The notes beneath the pieces are model-generated. The model saw only the letters and a list, made by a program, of their open reading frames with translations, was not told the DNA's origin and searched no databases. The translations under genes were made by a program, and so were the position numbers. From Nitrospirota bacterium (GTDB lineage: Bacteria; Nitrospirota; JACRHJ01), in assembly GCA_963733375.1 (NCBI GenBank), contig CAVTDB010000013.1, forward strand, positions 78,658 to 142,657: a stretch of 64,000 bases of DNA. Direction: 5' to 3'. Numbering within the stretch: the stretch's first letter is position 1; each line of letters opens with the position of its first letter. Shown here piece after piece: positions 12,304 to 21,587 of this stretch.

Positions 12304-15123
12304 TTATATGTTCAACGCCTTTTTTAAGAACTGCCCCGTATACGACCCTTTGGCCTTCGCTATGTCTTCCGGCGTGCCCATCGCGACTATGCGTCCGCCG
12401 CCGTCCCCGCCTTCCGGGCCGAGGTCTATTATATGGTCCGCCGTCTTTATCACGTCCAGGTTATGCTCGATGACCACCACCGTGTTCCCCGTCTCCACCA
12501 GCCGGTTCAGCACGTCGAGGAGCTTCTGGATGTCCGCGAAGTGCAGCCCTGTGGTCGGCTCATCAAGGATATACAAGGTTCGACCGGTGCTGCGCTTCGA
12601 CAGTTCTTTCGAGAGCTTCACCCTCTGCGCCTCGCCGCCGGAGAGCGTCGTGGCGGACTGCCCGAGCTTTATGTAGCCTAGCCCCACGTCGTTTATGGTC
12701 ACCAGCTTGTTGTGTATCACCGGGATGTTCTCGAAGAAGTCCAGCCCCTCGGATACGGTCATTTCAAGCACGTCCGTAATACTTTGACCCTTGTACTTTA
12801 TCTCCAGCGTCTCGCGGTTATAGCGCTTGCCCTTGCATACGTCGCAGGTCACGAACACGTCCGGCAGGAAGTGCATCTCTATCTTTATCACTCCGTCGCC
12901 CTGGCATGCCTCGCACCGCCCGCCCTTGACGTTAAAGCTGTACCGGCCCGCCTTGTAGCCGCGCATCCTGGAGTCGGGCACCTGCGCGAACATCTCCCGT
13001 ATGTGCGTGAACAGCCCGGTATAAGTCGCCGGGTTGGAACGCGGAGTCCTGCCGATGGGCGACTGGTCGATGTCTATGACCTTGTCCACCTCGTGCAGGC
13101 CGAGCACGCCGTCGCACAGGCCCGCGCGCTCGGTGGAGCGGTAGAACTGCTGCGCGAGGGTCTTGTACAACACCTCCAGCACCAGCGAGGATTTCCCGGA
13201 GCCGGAGACGCCCGTCACGCAGGTCAGCACGCCCAGCGGTATGCGGACGTCGATATTTTTCAGGTTATTTTCACGCGCCTTCTTTATGGTGATATACTTC
13301 CTGGCGGTCCTGCGCATCAGCGGGACGAGTATCTTTCTTCTGCCGGAGAGGTATGCGCCGGTTAGCGAATCCTCGTTCTCCATTATCTCTTTAGGCGTCC
13401 CCTGCGCCACCACATATCCGCCGTGTTCCCCGGCGCCCGGCCCCATGTCGATTACGTAATCGGAGCGCAGTATCGTGTCCTCGTCGTGCTCCACGACCAG
13501 CACGGTATTGCCGAGGTTCTTAAGCGACAGAAGCGTATCCAGCAGTTTCTCGTTGTCTCTCTGGTGGAGGCCGATGGACGGCTCGTCGAGTATATAGAGC
13601 ACGCCCATGAGCGAGGAGCCTATCTGCGTCGCAAGCCTTATCCGCTCCGCCTCGCCGCCGGAGAGCGTCGCCGCGCGCCTGTCCAGCGTGAGGTAGTCCA
13701 GCCCCACGTTTATGAGGAACCCAAGCCGCTCGTTAATCTCCTTCAGGATCTTCTGCGCGATGAAAGACTCTTTCTCCGTCAGCGGCAGTTCCGTAAAGAA
13801 CTCACGCGCCCGGCGCACGGAAAGTCTCGTCGCCTGCGTGATATTTACGTCTCCCACCTTTATGGAAAGAGATTCCTTCCTCAGCCTGTCGCCTTTGCAT
13901 GCCGGGCACGGGTGCGCGCCCATGTATTCCTCTATCTCCTGGCGGATGTAGGCGGACTCGGTCTCATGGTATCGCCTGGCCAGGTTTTTCACCACGCCCT
14001 CGAACTCGCGGGTGTAGAACTGCTTCCGGCCGTCGCGCATGAACCAGAACTTTACTTCCTCGCCGCCGGAGCCGTATAAAATCGCATCTTGAGCCTTCTT
14101 CGGCAGCTTCTTCCAGGGCGCCGTGAGCGAGAACCCGAAATGGTCGGCTAACGCCTCCAGCATCTGGTAGTAGAATACCGTCGTGCGCTTCGACCACGGC
14201 TTGACCGCGCCCTCGCGTATCGATAAATCTTTATTCGGGATGACCAGGTCCGGGTCTATGTCCATCTTCGCGCCCAGGCCGTCGCACTCCGGGCACGCGC
14301 CGTGCGGGTTATTGAACGAGAACATCCTGGGCGTCATCTCCGGGTAGGATATGCCGCAGTAGATGCAGGCGAGCTTTTCGGAATAGAGTATGTCTTTCGC
14401 GCCGGCCTCGACGGGAGAGATTACGACGATGCCTTCGGAGAGCTTCAGCGCGACTTCCAGGGAATCGGCCAGCCGCTTTTCGATTCCCTCCTTTATGACG
14501 AGCCTGTCGATGACTATCTCGATGGTGTGCTTCTTGTTCTTGTCCAGGACGATATTCTCGGAGAGGTCCCGCACCGCCTTGTCTATGCGCGCGCGGACGT
14601 AGCCCTCCTTCTTCATCTGGGCGAGCTCTTTTCGATATTCCCCTTTGCGTCCGCGGACGATGGGAGCGAGCACCGAAATCTTGGCGCCGGGGGGCATCGC
14701 GGTTATCTTGTCCACCATCTGCGAGACGGTCTGGGAGGTGATTTCCTTGCCGCAGTTGTAGCAGTACGGGTGGCCTATGCGTGCGTACAGAAGGCGCAGG
14801 TAGTCGTAGATTTCCGTCACCGTGCCGACGGTACTGCGCGGGTTCTTCGAGGTGGTCTTCTGCTCGATGGAGATGGCGGGTGAGAGGCCCTCGATAGAGT
14901 CCACGTCCGGCTTGTCCATCTGTTCCAGGAACTGCCGGGCGTATGCGGACAGGGACTCGACGTATCGCCTCTGTCCCTCGGCGTATATGGTGTCGAATGC
15001 GAGGGAGGATTTCCCCGAGCCGGAAAGCCCCGTGATTACAACGAGTTTGTCCCTGGGTATCTCCAGGTCTATGTTTTTTAAGTTATGCTCGCGCGCGCCC
15101 TTGATGATAAGCTTGTCCTGCAT
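12304..15123 (-). CDS. uvrA: Excinuclease ABC subunit A
   Basis: GAREHNLKN, two ABC domains ([24 protein letters not shown]), zinc fingers. Confidence 0.98.
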   Translation of the reverse strand: MQDKLIIKGAREHNLKNIDLEIPRDKLVVITGLSGSGKSSLAFDTIYAEGQRRYVESLSAYARQFLEQMDKPDVDSIEGLSPAISIEQKTTSKNPRSTVGTVTEIYDYLRLLYARIGHPYCYNCGKEITSQTVSQMVDKITAMPPGAKISVLAPIVRGRKGEYRKELAQMKKEGYVRARIDKAVRDLSENIVLDKNKKHTIEIVIDRLVIKEGIEKRLADSLEVALKLSEGIVVISPVEAGAKDILYSEKLACIYCGISYPEMTPRMFSFNNPHGACPECDGLGAKMDIDPDLVIPNKDLSIREGAVKPWSKRTTVFYYQMLEALADHFGFSLTAPWKKLPKKAQDAILYGSGGEEVKFWFMRDGRKQFYTREFEGVVKNLARRYHETESAYIRQEIEEYMGAHPCPACKGDRLRKESLSIKVGDVNITQATRLSVRRAREFFTELPLTEKESFIAQKILKEINERLGFLINVGLDYLTLDRRAATLSGGEAERIRLATQIGSSLMGVLYILDEPSIGLHQRDNEKLLDTLLSLKNLGNTVLVVEHDEDTILRSDYVIDMGPGAGEHGGYVVAQGTPKEIMENEDSLTGAYLSGRRKILVPLMRRTARKYITIKKARENNLKNIDVRIPLGVLTCVTGVSGSGKSSLVLEVLYKTLAQQFYRSTERAGLCDGVLGLHEVDKVIDIDQSPIGRTPRSNPATYTGLFTHIREMFAQVPDSRMRGYKAGRYSFNVKGGRCEACQGDGVIKIEMHFLPDVFVTCDVCKGKRYNRETLEIKYKGQSITDVLEMTVSEGLDFFENIPVIHNKLVTINDVGLGYIKLGQSATTLSGGEAQRVKLSKELSKRSTGRTLYILDEPTTGLHFADIQKLLDVLNRLVETGNTVVVIEHNLDVIKTADHIIDLGPEGGDGGGRIVAMGTPEDIAKAKGSYTGQFLKKALNI

Positions 15124-15296
15124 CTGCTTTAGAACCCCTCTACTCCCCTAACCCATTATAAAACAAGACAGTGAACTCACAATTTTAACACCGGAAGGGG
15201 CGTAGCGCAAGAAGATTCAGGGCGGGCGGCCTGCGGGATGCGGAAACTGTTTTTGAGCGGTATAATTTAAAGTGTACCGTTTTATGGAGGTGCGAT

Positions 15297-15578
15297 ATGA
15301 AGTATTACGTGAGGTGGGAAGTCCAGGAGGGCAATGATGCCAAGGAAGTGATATTAAAACAGCTCGAACATATCGAGAAGTCCGGCAAGATGAAGCACGG
15401 CGGGGTGCTCCTGGGCGTCCGGGGCGGCTATTTCATTTTCGACATTGAGAAGCCCTCGGAGCTGCTATACCTGCTCGGAACGGCCATCTTTGATAACTGC
15501 CACGTAGAGAGCTATCCGGTGGTTTCATACAAGGAGCTGGGTGAATTCCTGAAGGAGGACCTGAAGAAGGCGGCTTGA
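15297..15578 (+). CDS. Small hypothetical protein (DUF3303/dimeric alpha-beta barrel-like)
   Basis: GGAGG RBS, 93 aa, GVRGGYFIFD...VESYPV pattern. Confidence 0.6.
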   Translation: MKYYVRWEVQEGNDAKEVILKQLEHIEKSGKMKHGGVLLGVRGGYFIFDIEKPSELLYLLGTAIFDNCHVESYPVVSYKELGEFLKEDLKKAA

Positions 15579-15602
15579 TCGCAGTTTCCAGAGCCGAAGG
15601 GC

Positions 15603-15635
15603 TTTACCTGTCCAGAGCGGTAGCGAAGACAGAAG
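15603..15635. mobile_element. 33-bp micro-element copy with GC/GC flanks
   Basis: TTTACCTGTCCAGAGCGGTAGCGAAGACAGAAG, near-identical to 25570-25601 and 29008-29040. Confidence 0.6.
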
Positions 15636-15699
15636 GCGAAGAAACAAGGCGGCGTAAAAGTTGCCTGTTTCCCGGGCAACATGCAAAGTGAGGGGCAAA

Positions 15700-15890
15700 T
15701 GATGAACATCGACGATTTACATGAACAGATTATGCTTTTTGAGGAATTGGAAGATTATTTTTCCCGGGTCCATGCAAAGCCTGCGGATGAGGCGCGCAGA
15801 AAACAGTTGCTGCAACAGGTAGTCCAACTGAAAGAGAAAGCAAGCGTGGAATTTCAGGCGCTTAAAGACAAAGAAGAGATAGCGGCTTAA
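15700..15890 (+). CDS. Small hypothetical coiled-coil protein (start approximate)
   Basis: GAGGGG RBS before MMNIDD, followed by a terminator. Confidence 0.55.
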
Positions 15891-15958
15891 AAGGGAATTT
15901 CATTCGGCATGGATATGGAAGCGCCCGCAGACAATGCGGGCGTTTTTTTTAATTTAAT
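15882..15958 (+). repeat. ~75-bp direct repeat copy 1 (stop codon + intrinsic terminator)
   Basis: GCGGCTTAAAAGGGAATTTCATTCGGCATGGATATGG..GCGCCCGCA...TGCGGGCG-T tract; repeated at 17571-17644. Confidence 0.88.
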
Positions 15959-16046
15959 GTTTCCGCATCCCCCGCATCGTTAAATTCTTGAAAAAGACAC
16001 ATGTATTCTGTTAAAATGAAGCAATCTCTTTTCCCGTAAGGACTCA

Positions 16047-16931
16047 GTGAAATTTAACAGCATCTCCATAATGGCAATCTTTGTCTTGCTGGTCTGCCCG
16101 GCGGCCGCGAATGCGGTGTACAGGGCGGTGTTGGAGGAGCACGTAACTTACGAGGCTGTCAAGGGTGACTATATAGAGAAGATAGCCGGCATTACCGGAG
16201 TAGAGGTGAAATGCCTTCTGGAGCAGAATCCTGAATACAAAAGGAAAAAGTTTCTGCATCCTGGCGACAGATTCAGCGCCGTGCGCCGGACTATAGTACC
16301 AGACAAGGTCGCGGACGGTACGCTTATAAACATACCGGACAGGACGCTTTACCAATTCAAGGCCGGGAATCTTGTAACGCATTACCCGGTCTGTGTTGGG
16401 ATGAGAAACCTCATCTGGCAGACGCCCATAGGAGAGTTCGTTGTGATAGGCAAGGCGAAGAACCCGACCTGGCACGTCCCCAAGCTCATACAAAAGGAGA
16501 TGGCCCGGAAAGGCGAGCCCGTGAAGGATGTAGTCCCGCCGGGCAAGGACAATCCGCTGGGCAGGTTCGAAGTCAGGCTTTCGGTCAGGGAGTACCTCAT
16601 CCACGAAACAATCTGGCCGGAATCAATATACAATTACCGCAGCCACGGCTGCATCCGCCTGAAGCCGGGCGACGCCGAGAAGTACTTTAACAGCGTGACC
16701 AAGGGCGAGAGGGTGAGCGTTATTTATGAACCGGTCAAGGTTGCCTTGACGGACTCCGGCAGGGTATTCCTGGAGGTGCACGAGGACGCGTACGGCAAGG
16801 TCGGAGACCTCTATGGGATTGCGTCCGCCGAAATAACCGGCGCGAACGCCGATAGTAAGGTGGACTGGGACAAGGTGAAAGACGTTGTCGGCAAGAAATC
16901 CGGCATCGCCGAGGACATAACGAAGGAGTAA
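16047..16931 (+). CDS. L,D-transpeptidase (YkuD) with LysM-like domain
   Basis: Signal peptide, INIP..TLY, TP.G.F, NPLG, IHET...SHGCIRL catalytic motif. Confidence 0.9.
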   Translation: MKFNSISIMAIFVLLVCPAAANAVYRAVLEEHVTYEAVKGDYIEKIAGITGVEVKCLLEQNPEYKRKKFLHPGDRFSAVRRTIVPDKVADGTLINIPDRTLYQFKAGNLVTHYPVCVGMRNLIWQTPIGEFVVIGKAKNPTWHVPKLIQKEMARKGEPVKDVVPPGKDNPLGRFEVRLSVREYLIHETIWPESIYNYRSHGCIRLKPGDAEKYFNSVTKGERVSVIYEPVKVALTDSGRVFLEVHEDAYGKVGDLYGIASAEITGANADSKVDWDKVKDVVGKKSGIAEDITKE

Positions 16932-16937
16932 TGGCGG

Positions 16938-17490
16938 ATGATTAGCAGGAGAGGTTTTATCAGGGGCTTGCTCGGCGCCGCCCTGTATATCGGGGCGTCA
17001 GGGTCTTTTGCGAGTGCCGAGAATGACGCTGGACAAACCATACGGATGTACAACACGCACACGCGCGAATCTATCTCCGTGGCCCACAGGGACGCGCGAG
17101 GATACATTCCAGAGGCGTTAGATAGGATAAACCACTTCCTGAGGTGCCACTACAACAACGAGGTGCACCCGATCGACCCCGCCCTTATTGACCTGCTCTG
17201 CAAGGTTGACAGAGCAGCACGGCGGCGGGAACGTGCTGCAGGTGATATCGGGTTACCGCTCCCCGGCGTACAACGCAATCCTTGCGAGCAATTCGTCGGG
17301 AGTTGCAAGATCGAGCATGCACATGAAAGGCCAGGCCATCGACTTTACAATACCCGGCACACCTAACCGCGACCTCTTCAGGACGGTACGCTCCCTGGAG
17401 GCAGGCGGCGCGGGCATATACCCCAAATTCGTGCACATGGACACAGGGCGCGTACGCTGCTGGGGCAACGGCGCGCAATCCTATTCGTAA
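16938..17490 (+). CDS. YcbK/DUF882 peptidase M15 family, Tat-exported (frameshift ~17205)
   Basis: SRRGF Tat signal, N.HT.E, ISGYRSP.YN, S.HM.GQAID, FVHMDTG. Confidence 0.88.
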
Positions 17491-17570
17491 CTCCAAAGTT
17501 TCTCTGCGGCCGTGCCCAAAGCTATTCCAGTTTGTGTACGATATGTGGGGAGCGGTAGCTTAAAAAGAAG

Positions 17571-17644
17571 GCGGCGTAAAAGGGAATTTCATTCGGCATG
17601 GATATGGTAGCGCCCGCAGATATGCGGGCGCTTTTTTATTTAAT
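17571..17644 (+). repeat. ~75-bp direct repeat copy 2
   Basis: Matches 15882-15958 with few substitutions. Confidence 0.88.
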
Positions 17645-17892
17645 ATAAGTAATAGGAAGTGTCAAACAAGTAAAGTGGAATTCAATACTATAAACAAGCG
17701 CACACCTCAAAATAATAAATAAACTAAAAAATATAACGAGTTAATTAAGAAAGAAGTTGTAATGTCCAGAGTATTGTGGTATTTTTCGGGAGTAACCAAA
17801 GCAGCAAATTTCATATATGCCCTGTTAAGCTATTGATTATAAAGGCGTATCGATCAACAAACAGAATTTTTTTATAAACAGCAAGGAGAAAC

Positions 17893-18986
17893 ATGAAAAA
17901 ACAAAATGCCTCATCAAAAACTGAACCACGTATAGATTCAAATAAAAAACGCGATGTAGTTAGTGAGTCCGATTTTCCACAATTGCCCTTTGAAAAAGCA
18001 ATGCGTATTGCTCAAGCCATTTGGGATAATCTGGTGGTCATCCTACGGCCCCTCATGATGTTGCTTTTGCCATAAATATGGTCCCCACAAGTGGACCTTG
18101 GAGAGGCCTCTGCGGAACTTCCATCGCCTATGGGTTAACTGTCGGTGGATATAATGCCTCAAAAATTGAACTAACTCCGCTGGGCAGGAGAATTGTTGCT
18201 CCTACTGAAGAGGGCGAAAGTACCGGTGCTATACGTGAAGCTATTCTTAAACCGAAAATCATGAATCTTTTTTTTACGAGATATGATCGTGCAAAATTTC
18301 CGCCGCAGAATATAGCAGAAAACGTATTGGTAACAACGGGGCTTCCTAAAGACCGCGTTTCCAAGGCCGTAGATATATTGGTGGCTAACGGGCGATATGC
18401 TGGTTTTTTAAGAGATACAAAAACTGGTTTATTCGTGGCATTAGATTCGCCGGCACCGACAATTACTAGCCACTTTGAAGGAACGCCCGCAGAAACGACT
18501 CCAGAAGTTTTAGAAGAAGCCCCGGTCATTCGAAAACAAGAAATAAGTCCGCGACAAATGAATAATAAAATATTCATCAGTCATGGGAAAAACAGACAGA
18601 TTGTTAATCAACTTAAGGAGCTGTTAATTTTTGGTAAATTTGAGCCGGTTTTATCTATTGAAAAGAAATCTACTGCGATTCCTGTTCCCGAAAAAGTTTT
18701 TGAGGATATGAGGGCTTGCGCGGCGGGAATAATACATGTGATGAGCGAGGGGGAGCTGTCGGACGATAAAGGAAATGCTTATCCGCAAATAAACGATAAC
18801 GTTTTAATAGAAATTGGGGCGGCAATGGCTTTGTACAAAAAAAACATAGTATTGCTCGTTCAAAAAGGCGTGGCTCTACCTTCAAACCTACAAGGTCTAT
18901 ATCGCTGTGACTATGAGGGTGAAAAGCTTGATTATGATGCGACGATGAAATTGCTTAAAATTTTTAATCAATTTCAGTTGACTTAG
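17893..18986 (+). CDS. TIR-like nucleotide-binding domain protein with winged-helix-like N-terminus (frameshift ~18030)
   Basis: C-terminal KIFISHG...NDNVLIEIG...LPSNLQG matches the PF10137/Cap12-type TIR pattern; AT-rich relative to flanks; AGGAG RBS at 17884. Confidence 0.8.
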
Positions 18987-19116
18987 TAGGAGATATTGTT
19001 GATCAAGCACAAATGGGCTTAACAGGTTAGTCCTTGTGGCTTGATTGAAAGGAGGGAATTATGCCGCCACCTGATATGTCGCGCCGGGCTTCGGCCGTTC
19101 GTGGGCGGCGCGTTAC

Positions 19117-19195
19117 AAATAAAAATTGGGGTGAATGTCCTTAGCTTCCAGGCCGGCCATTCACCCCATTCCCGCGCTAACTATTTGTTTACGCT
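19117..19195 (-). ncRNA. Candidate small RNA (~78 nt)
   Basis: Bounded by a minus-strand promoter (19202-19230) and GGGGTGAATG/CATTCACCCC hairpin + T tract; no convincing ORF. Confidence 0.45.
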
Positions 19196-19201
19196 GTTTG
19201 T

Positions 19202-19230
19202 ATTCTAGCAATAGGGCTGATAAAAGTCAA
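19202..19230 (-). promoter_or_regulatory. sigma70 promoter
   Basis: TTGACT-17 nt-TAGAAT with TG extension. Confidence 0.65.
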
Positions 19231-19244
19231 TATCTTAGGAGGCT

Positions 19245-19376
19245 ATGATGGCAAACAAAAAGGTTACCACTTTTAAAATAGGCCGGGATGCCGGAACGGG
19301 TAAATTTTTCCGGTCAAAGAGCGCACAGGCGCATAAAAAAACGGCCATAGTTCAGACGATAAAGAAGACGAAGTAA
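19245..19376 (+). CDS. 43-aa basic microprotein (GRDAxTGxF type)
   Basis: AGGAGG RBS; MMANKKVTTFKIGRDAGTGKFFRSKSAQAHKKTAIVQTIKKTK; terminator follows; below the ORF-track size cutoff. Confidence 0.75.
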   Translation: MMANKKVTTFKIGRDAGTGKFFRSKSAQAHKKTAIVQTIKKTK

Positions 19377-19403
19377 GCTAACCTCTTTATCATTCAACTT
19401 CCA

Positions 19404-19438
19404 ACCGGCCCTGGCATAAGCCTCGGCCGGTTTTTTTT
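19404..19438 (+). terminator. Intrinsic terminator
   Basis: AACCGGCC...GGCCGGTTTTTTTT. Confidence 0.75.
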
Positions 19439-19452
19439 GTCTGCTCACTTCT

Positions 19453-19539
19453 TAATAGCCACTCTCGATTCCCGCGCCAACACATCGTCGGGTAACGCTT
19501 AATCATATATAAATGGCTTTATGGACGAATTTTACCGGG
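19453..19539. repeat. 87-bp direct repeat copy 1
   Basis: Near-identical to 19901-19987. Confidence 0.9.
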
Positions 19540-19594
19540 TATCGAAATCCGGGCGGGTCAATTCCAGCCACACATTATACCCCGGCCCCGGCGC

Positions 19595-19789
19595 TCACCA
19601 CTTGAAAAGCCAGGACAGGACAAACCAGCCGACCGTGAGCCCCGCCGCCAGGAAGATCATCGAGCGGTGGCCGTGTATCACGGCTGCAACGCTTAACATT
19701 TTACCGGGCTTCGACTCTCCGTTGCAGGAGGGACATGCCTCGTCGAAGACATCCATCTTTACTCCGCAGTGCGGACATTTGCGTTCCAT
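19595..19789 (-). CDS. Small zinc-ribbon membrane protein
   Basis: CPHC-x10-CPSC then a C-terminal TM helix; upstream TTGACT-17-TAGTAT at ~19834-19862. Confidence 0.7.
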   Translation of the reverse strand: MERKCPHCGVKMDVFDEACPSCNGESKPGKMLSVAAVIHGHRSMIFLAAGLTVGWFVLSWLFKW

Positions 19790-19900
19790 CTCATTCTCCC
19801 GGTAATAGTGGTATGCCAATAGACTTAAGAGATAATACTACAGGCGGCATTTTAGTAAGTCAAGAAAAGCCGACGTGACACTTGCCCGTCCTTCCATTCC

Positions 19901-19987
19901 TAATAGCTTCTCTCGATTCCCGCGCCAACACATCGCCGGTTAACGCTTAATCATATATAAATGGATTTATGGACGATTTTTACCGGG
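19901..19987. repeat. 87-bp direct repeat copy 2
   Basis: Near-identical to 19453-19539. Confidence 0.9.
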
Positions 19988-20247
19988 CGTCATTACATGG
20001 GGTGTTTAACGGCGTTACGAGGCCATTTTAGGGGGTCAGGGGCGGGTTTTGGAGCGTCGTTTTTAAAGGCATTTTATGCCTATTTACCTTTTTATTTCAA
20101 TATGTTAAGGCTTGAAAATAGCGCAACTGAAAATCGCGTTTCGGTTTCCGCAACCGATTGATAAATAAAGATATTTTTTTCGAAATTCGCCGAATTCCCC
20201 CGGCCCGGCTCCTTAAATAAAGAATTTTTTATTTGAACACAGCTAAC

Positions 20248-20625
20248 TCACTTAATCGAGTGCAGCCCCAGCCTGTTCCCTTCGCTGTCCTGGAAATGCG
20301 CTATGAAGCCGTACGCGCCTATCGACGTCTTCGGCATGAGCGTCTTGCCGCCGCTCCCGTCCACCTTGTCCAGCGTCTCCTCGACATCCTCCACATTCAT
20401 ATAAATCAAAACCCCTCTATGCGACGGGATATGGACCTCGCCCTTCACCAGCGCCCCCGCCGCCCCGTACGATGCGGAACTCATAGGGAAAAACGCCATC
20501 TTCACCAGCCCGAAATCGCTTACGGAAAGCTCGACATTAAACACGGATTCATAAAACAACCTGGCCCTGTCCAGGTCATGGACCGGGATCTCGAACCAAT
20601 CCGCAATGTTAATTTCGCGAGCCAT
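20248..20625 (-). CDS. VOC/glyoxalase family protein
   Basis: WFEIPVHDLDRA..FY, GG..LMPKT.IG.YG..A.F.DSEGN. Confidence 0.9.
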   Translation of the reverse strand: MAREINIADWFEIPVHDLDRARLFYESVFNVELSVSDFGLVKMAFFPMSSASYGAAGALVKGEVHIPSHRGVLIYMNVEDVEETLDKVDGSGGKTLMPKTSIGAYGFIAHFQDSEGNRLGLHSIK

Positions 20626-20825
20626 ATTTCCATGCCTCCAGTATAAAGCGTTGCTATCTATAATTGTAATCTTTAGAAACGATTACGGCAACCCGCCCTG
20701 AAAAATCGGGCTTCCAAAAATAGGGGATCGTCAAGGGAGAAAGAGACCCGGCCGGAGCAGGCAAAAATCAGCCGTTTGCGGTATAATTGATATATGAAAA
20801 GATTTACGAAATACTGGGGTGGGAT

Positions 20826-21053
20826 ATGAAAAGATTAACTAAATACTGGGTCGCGCTGGTCCCGTTGGCGCTTACCGCGCTATATGCCGGGCTTACCATA
20901 ACCTCCGAGCCGCAGGTGCAGGGCTTGCAAAACGGCATATACGATTTCATATACGACCGATGGATATTAATCGGCCTGGTGGTAACGGTAATCGTGCTGA
21001 TTGCGGATGCAGCCGGCGACATAAGAAATACGTGGCATAGACGGCACTACTGA
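20826..21053 (+). CDS. Small membrane protein
   Basis: Two hydrophobic segments, 75 aa. Confidence 0.55.
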   Translation: MKRLTKYWVALVPLALTALYAGLTITSEPQVQGLQNGIYDFIYDRWILIGLVVTVIVLIADAAGDIRNTWHRRHY

Positions 21054-21086
21054 TCGACCGCAGGTGCGCAGGAAATAAGGGAAATA

Positions 21087-21476
21087 TTACTCCAATATTT
21101 TCTCGCCGCTGTCGGTGAACGTGAAGTCCAGGAACCTGTGCGGGGGCGGGCCGCTCTCTATAACTACGCAGCTGAACGGTCTTTTTAGGTGATGGCCCGC
21201 TTTACCGGCAAAGTCCGCTTCGCCGTCGATTTTATAGAACTTGCAGCCGTAGGTGTTTTTCTCGATGCTGATATTTTTTATCCGCGTCCCGGAAAGCGAT
21301 TCCGGCTCCGTTCCGGCCCGGCTTTTTAAGTGGTTGATTATCCTGCCTTCTACGAACCTGACTATCTCGCGGTTGACGTAAATCTCATGTATTGAGACCG
21401 CCGCAATCAGAATAGCCGCCGAAACAGCTGATATTATAATGAATTTTCGCGCTTTCAATACTCCCCCCTCGCTCAA
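21087..21476 (-). CDS. Hypothetical membrane-anchored protein
   Basis: N-terminal TM helix followed by a soluble domain. Confidence 0.5.
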   Translation of the reverse strand: MSEGGVLKARKFIIISAVSAAILIAAVSIHEIYVNREIVRFVEGRIINHLKSRAGTEPESLSGTRIKNISIEKNTYGCKFYKIDGEADFAGKAGHHLKRPFSCVVIESGPPPHRFLDFTFTDSGEKILE

Positions 21477-21587
21477 GTTCGCCCCCCGCTTTCATACTTT
21501 ACCACTTTTACCATGACATTTTAAAACATTTGTTTTATTGTTTAATATGGACGTTGCTTACTACAAAAATACGTGAAGGAGTACCTG

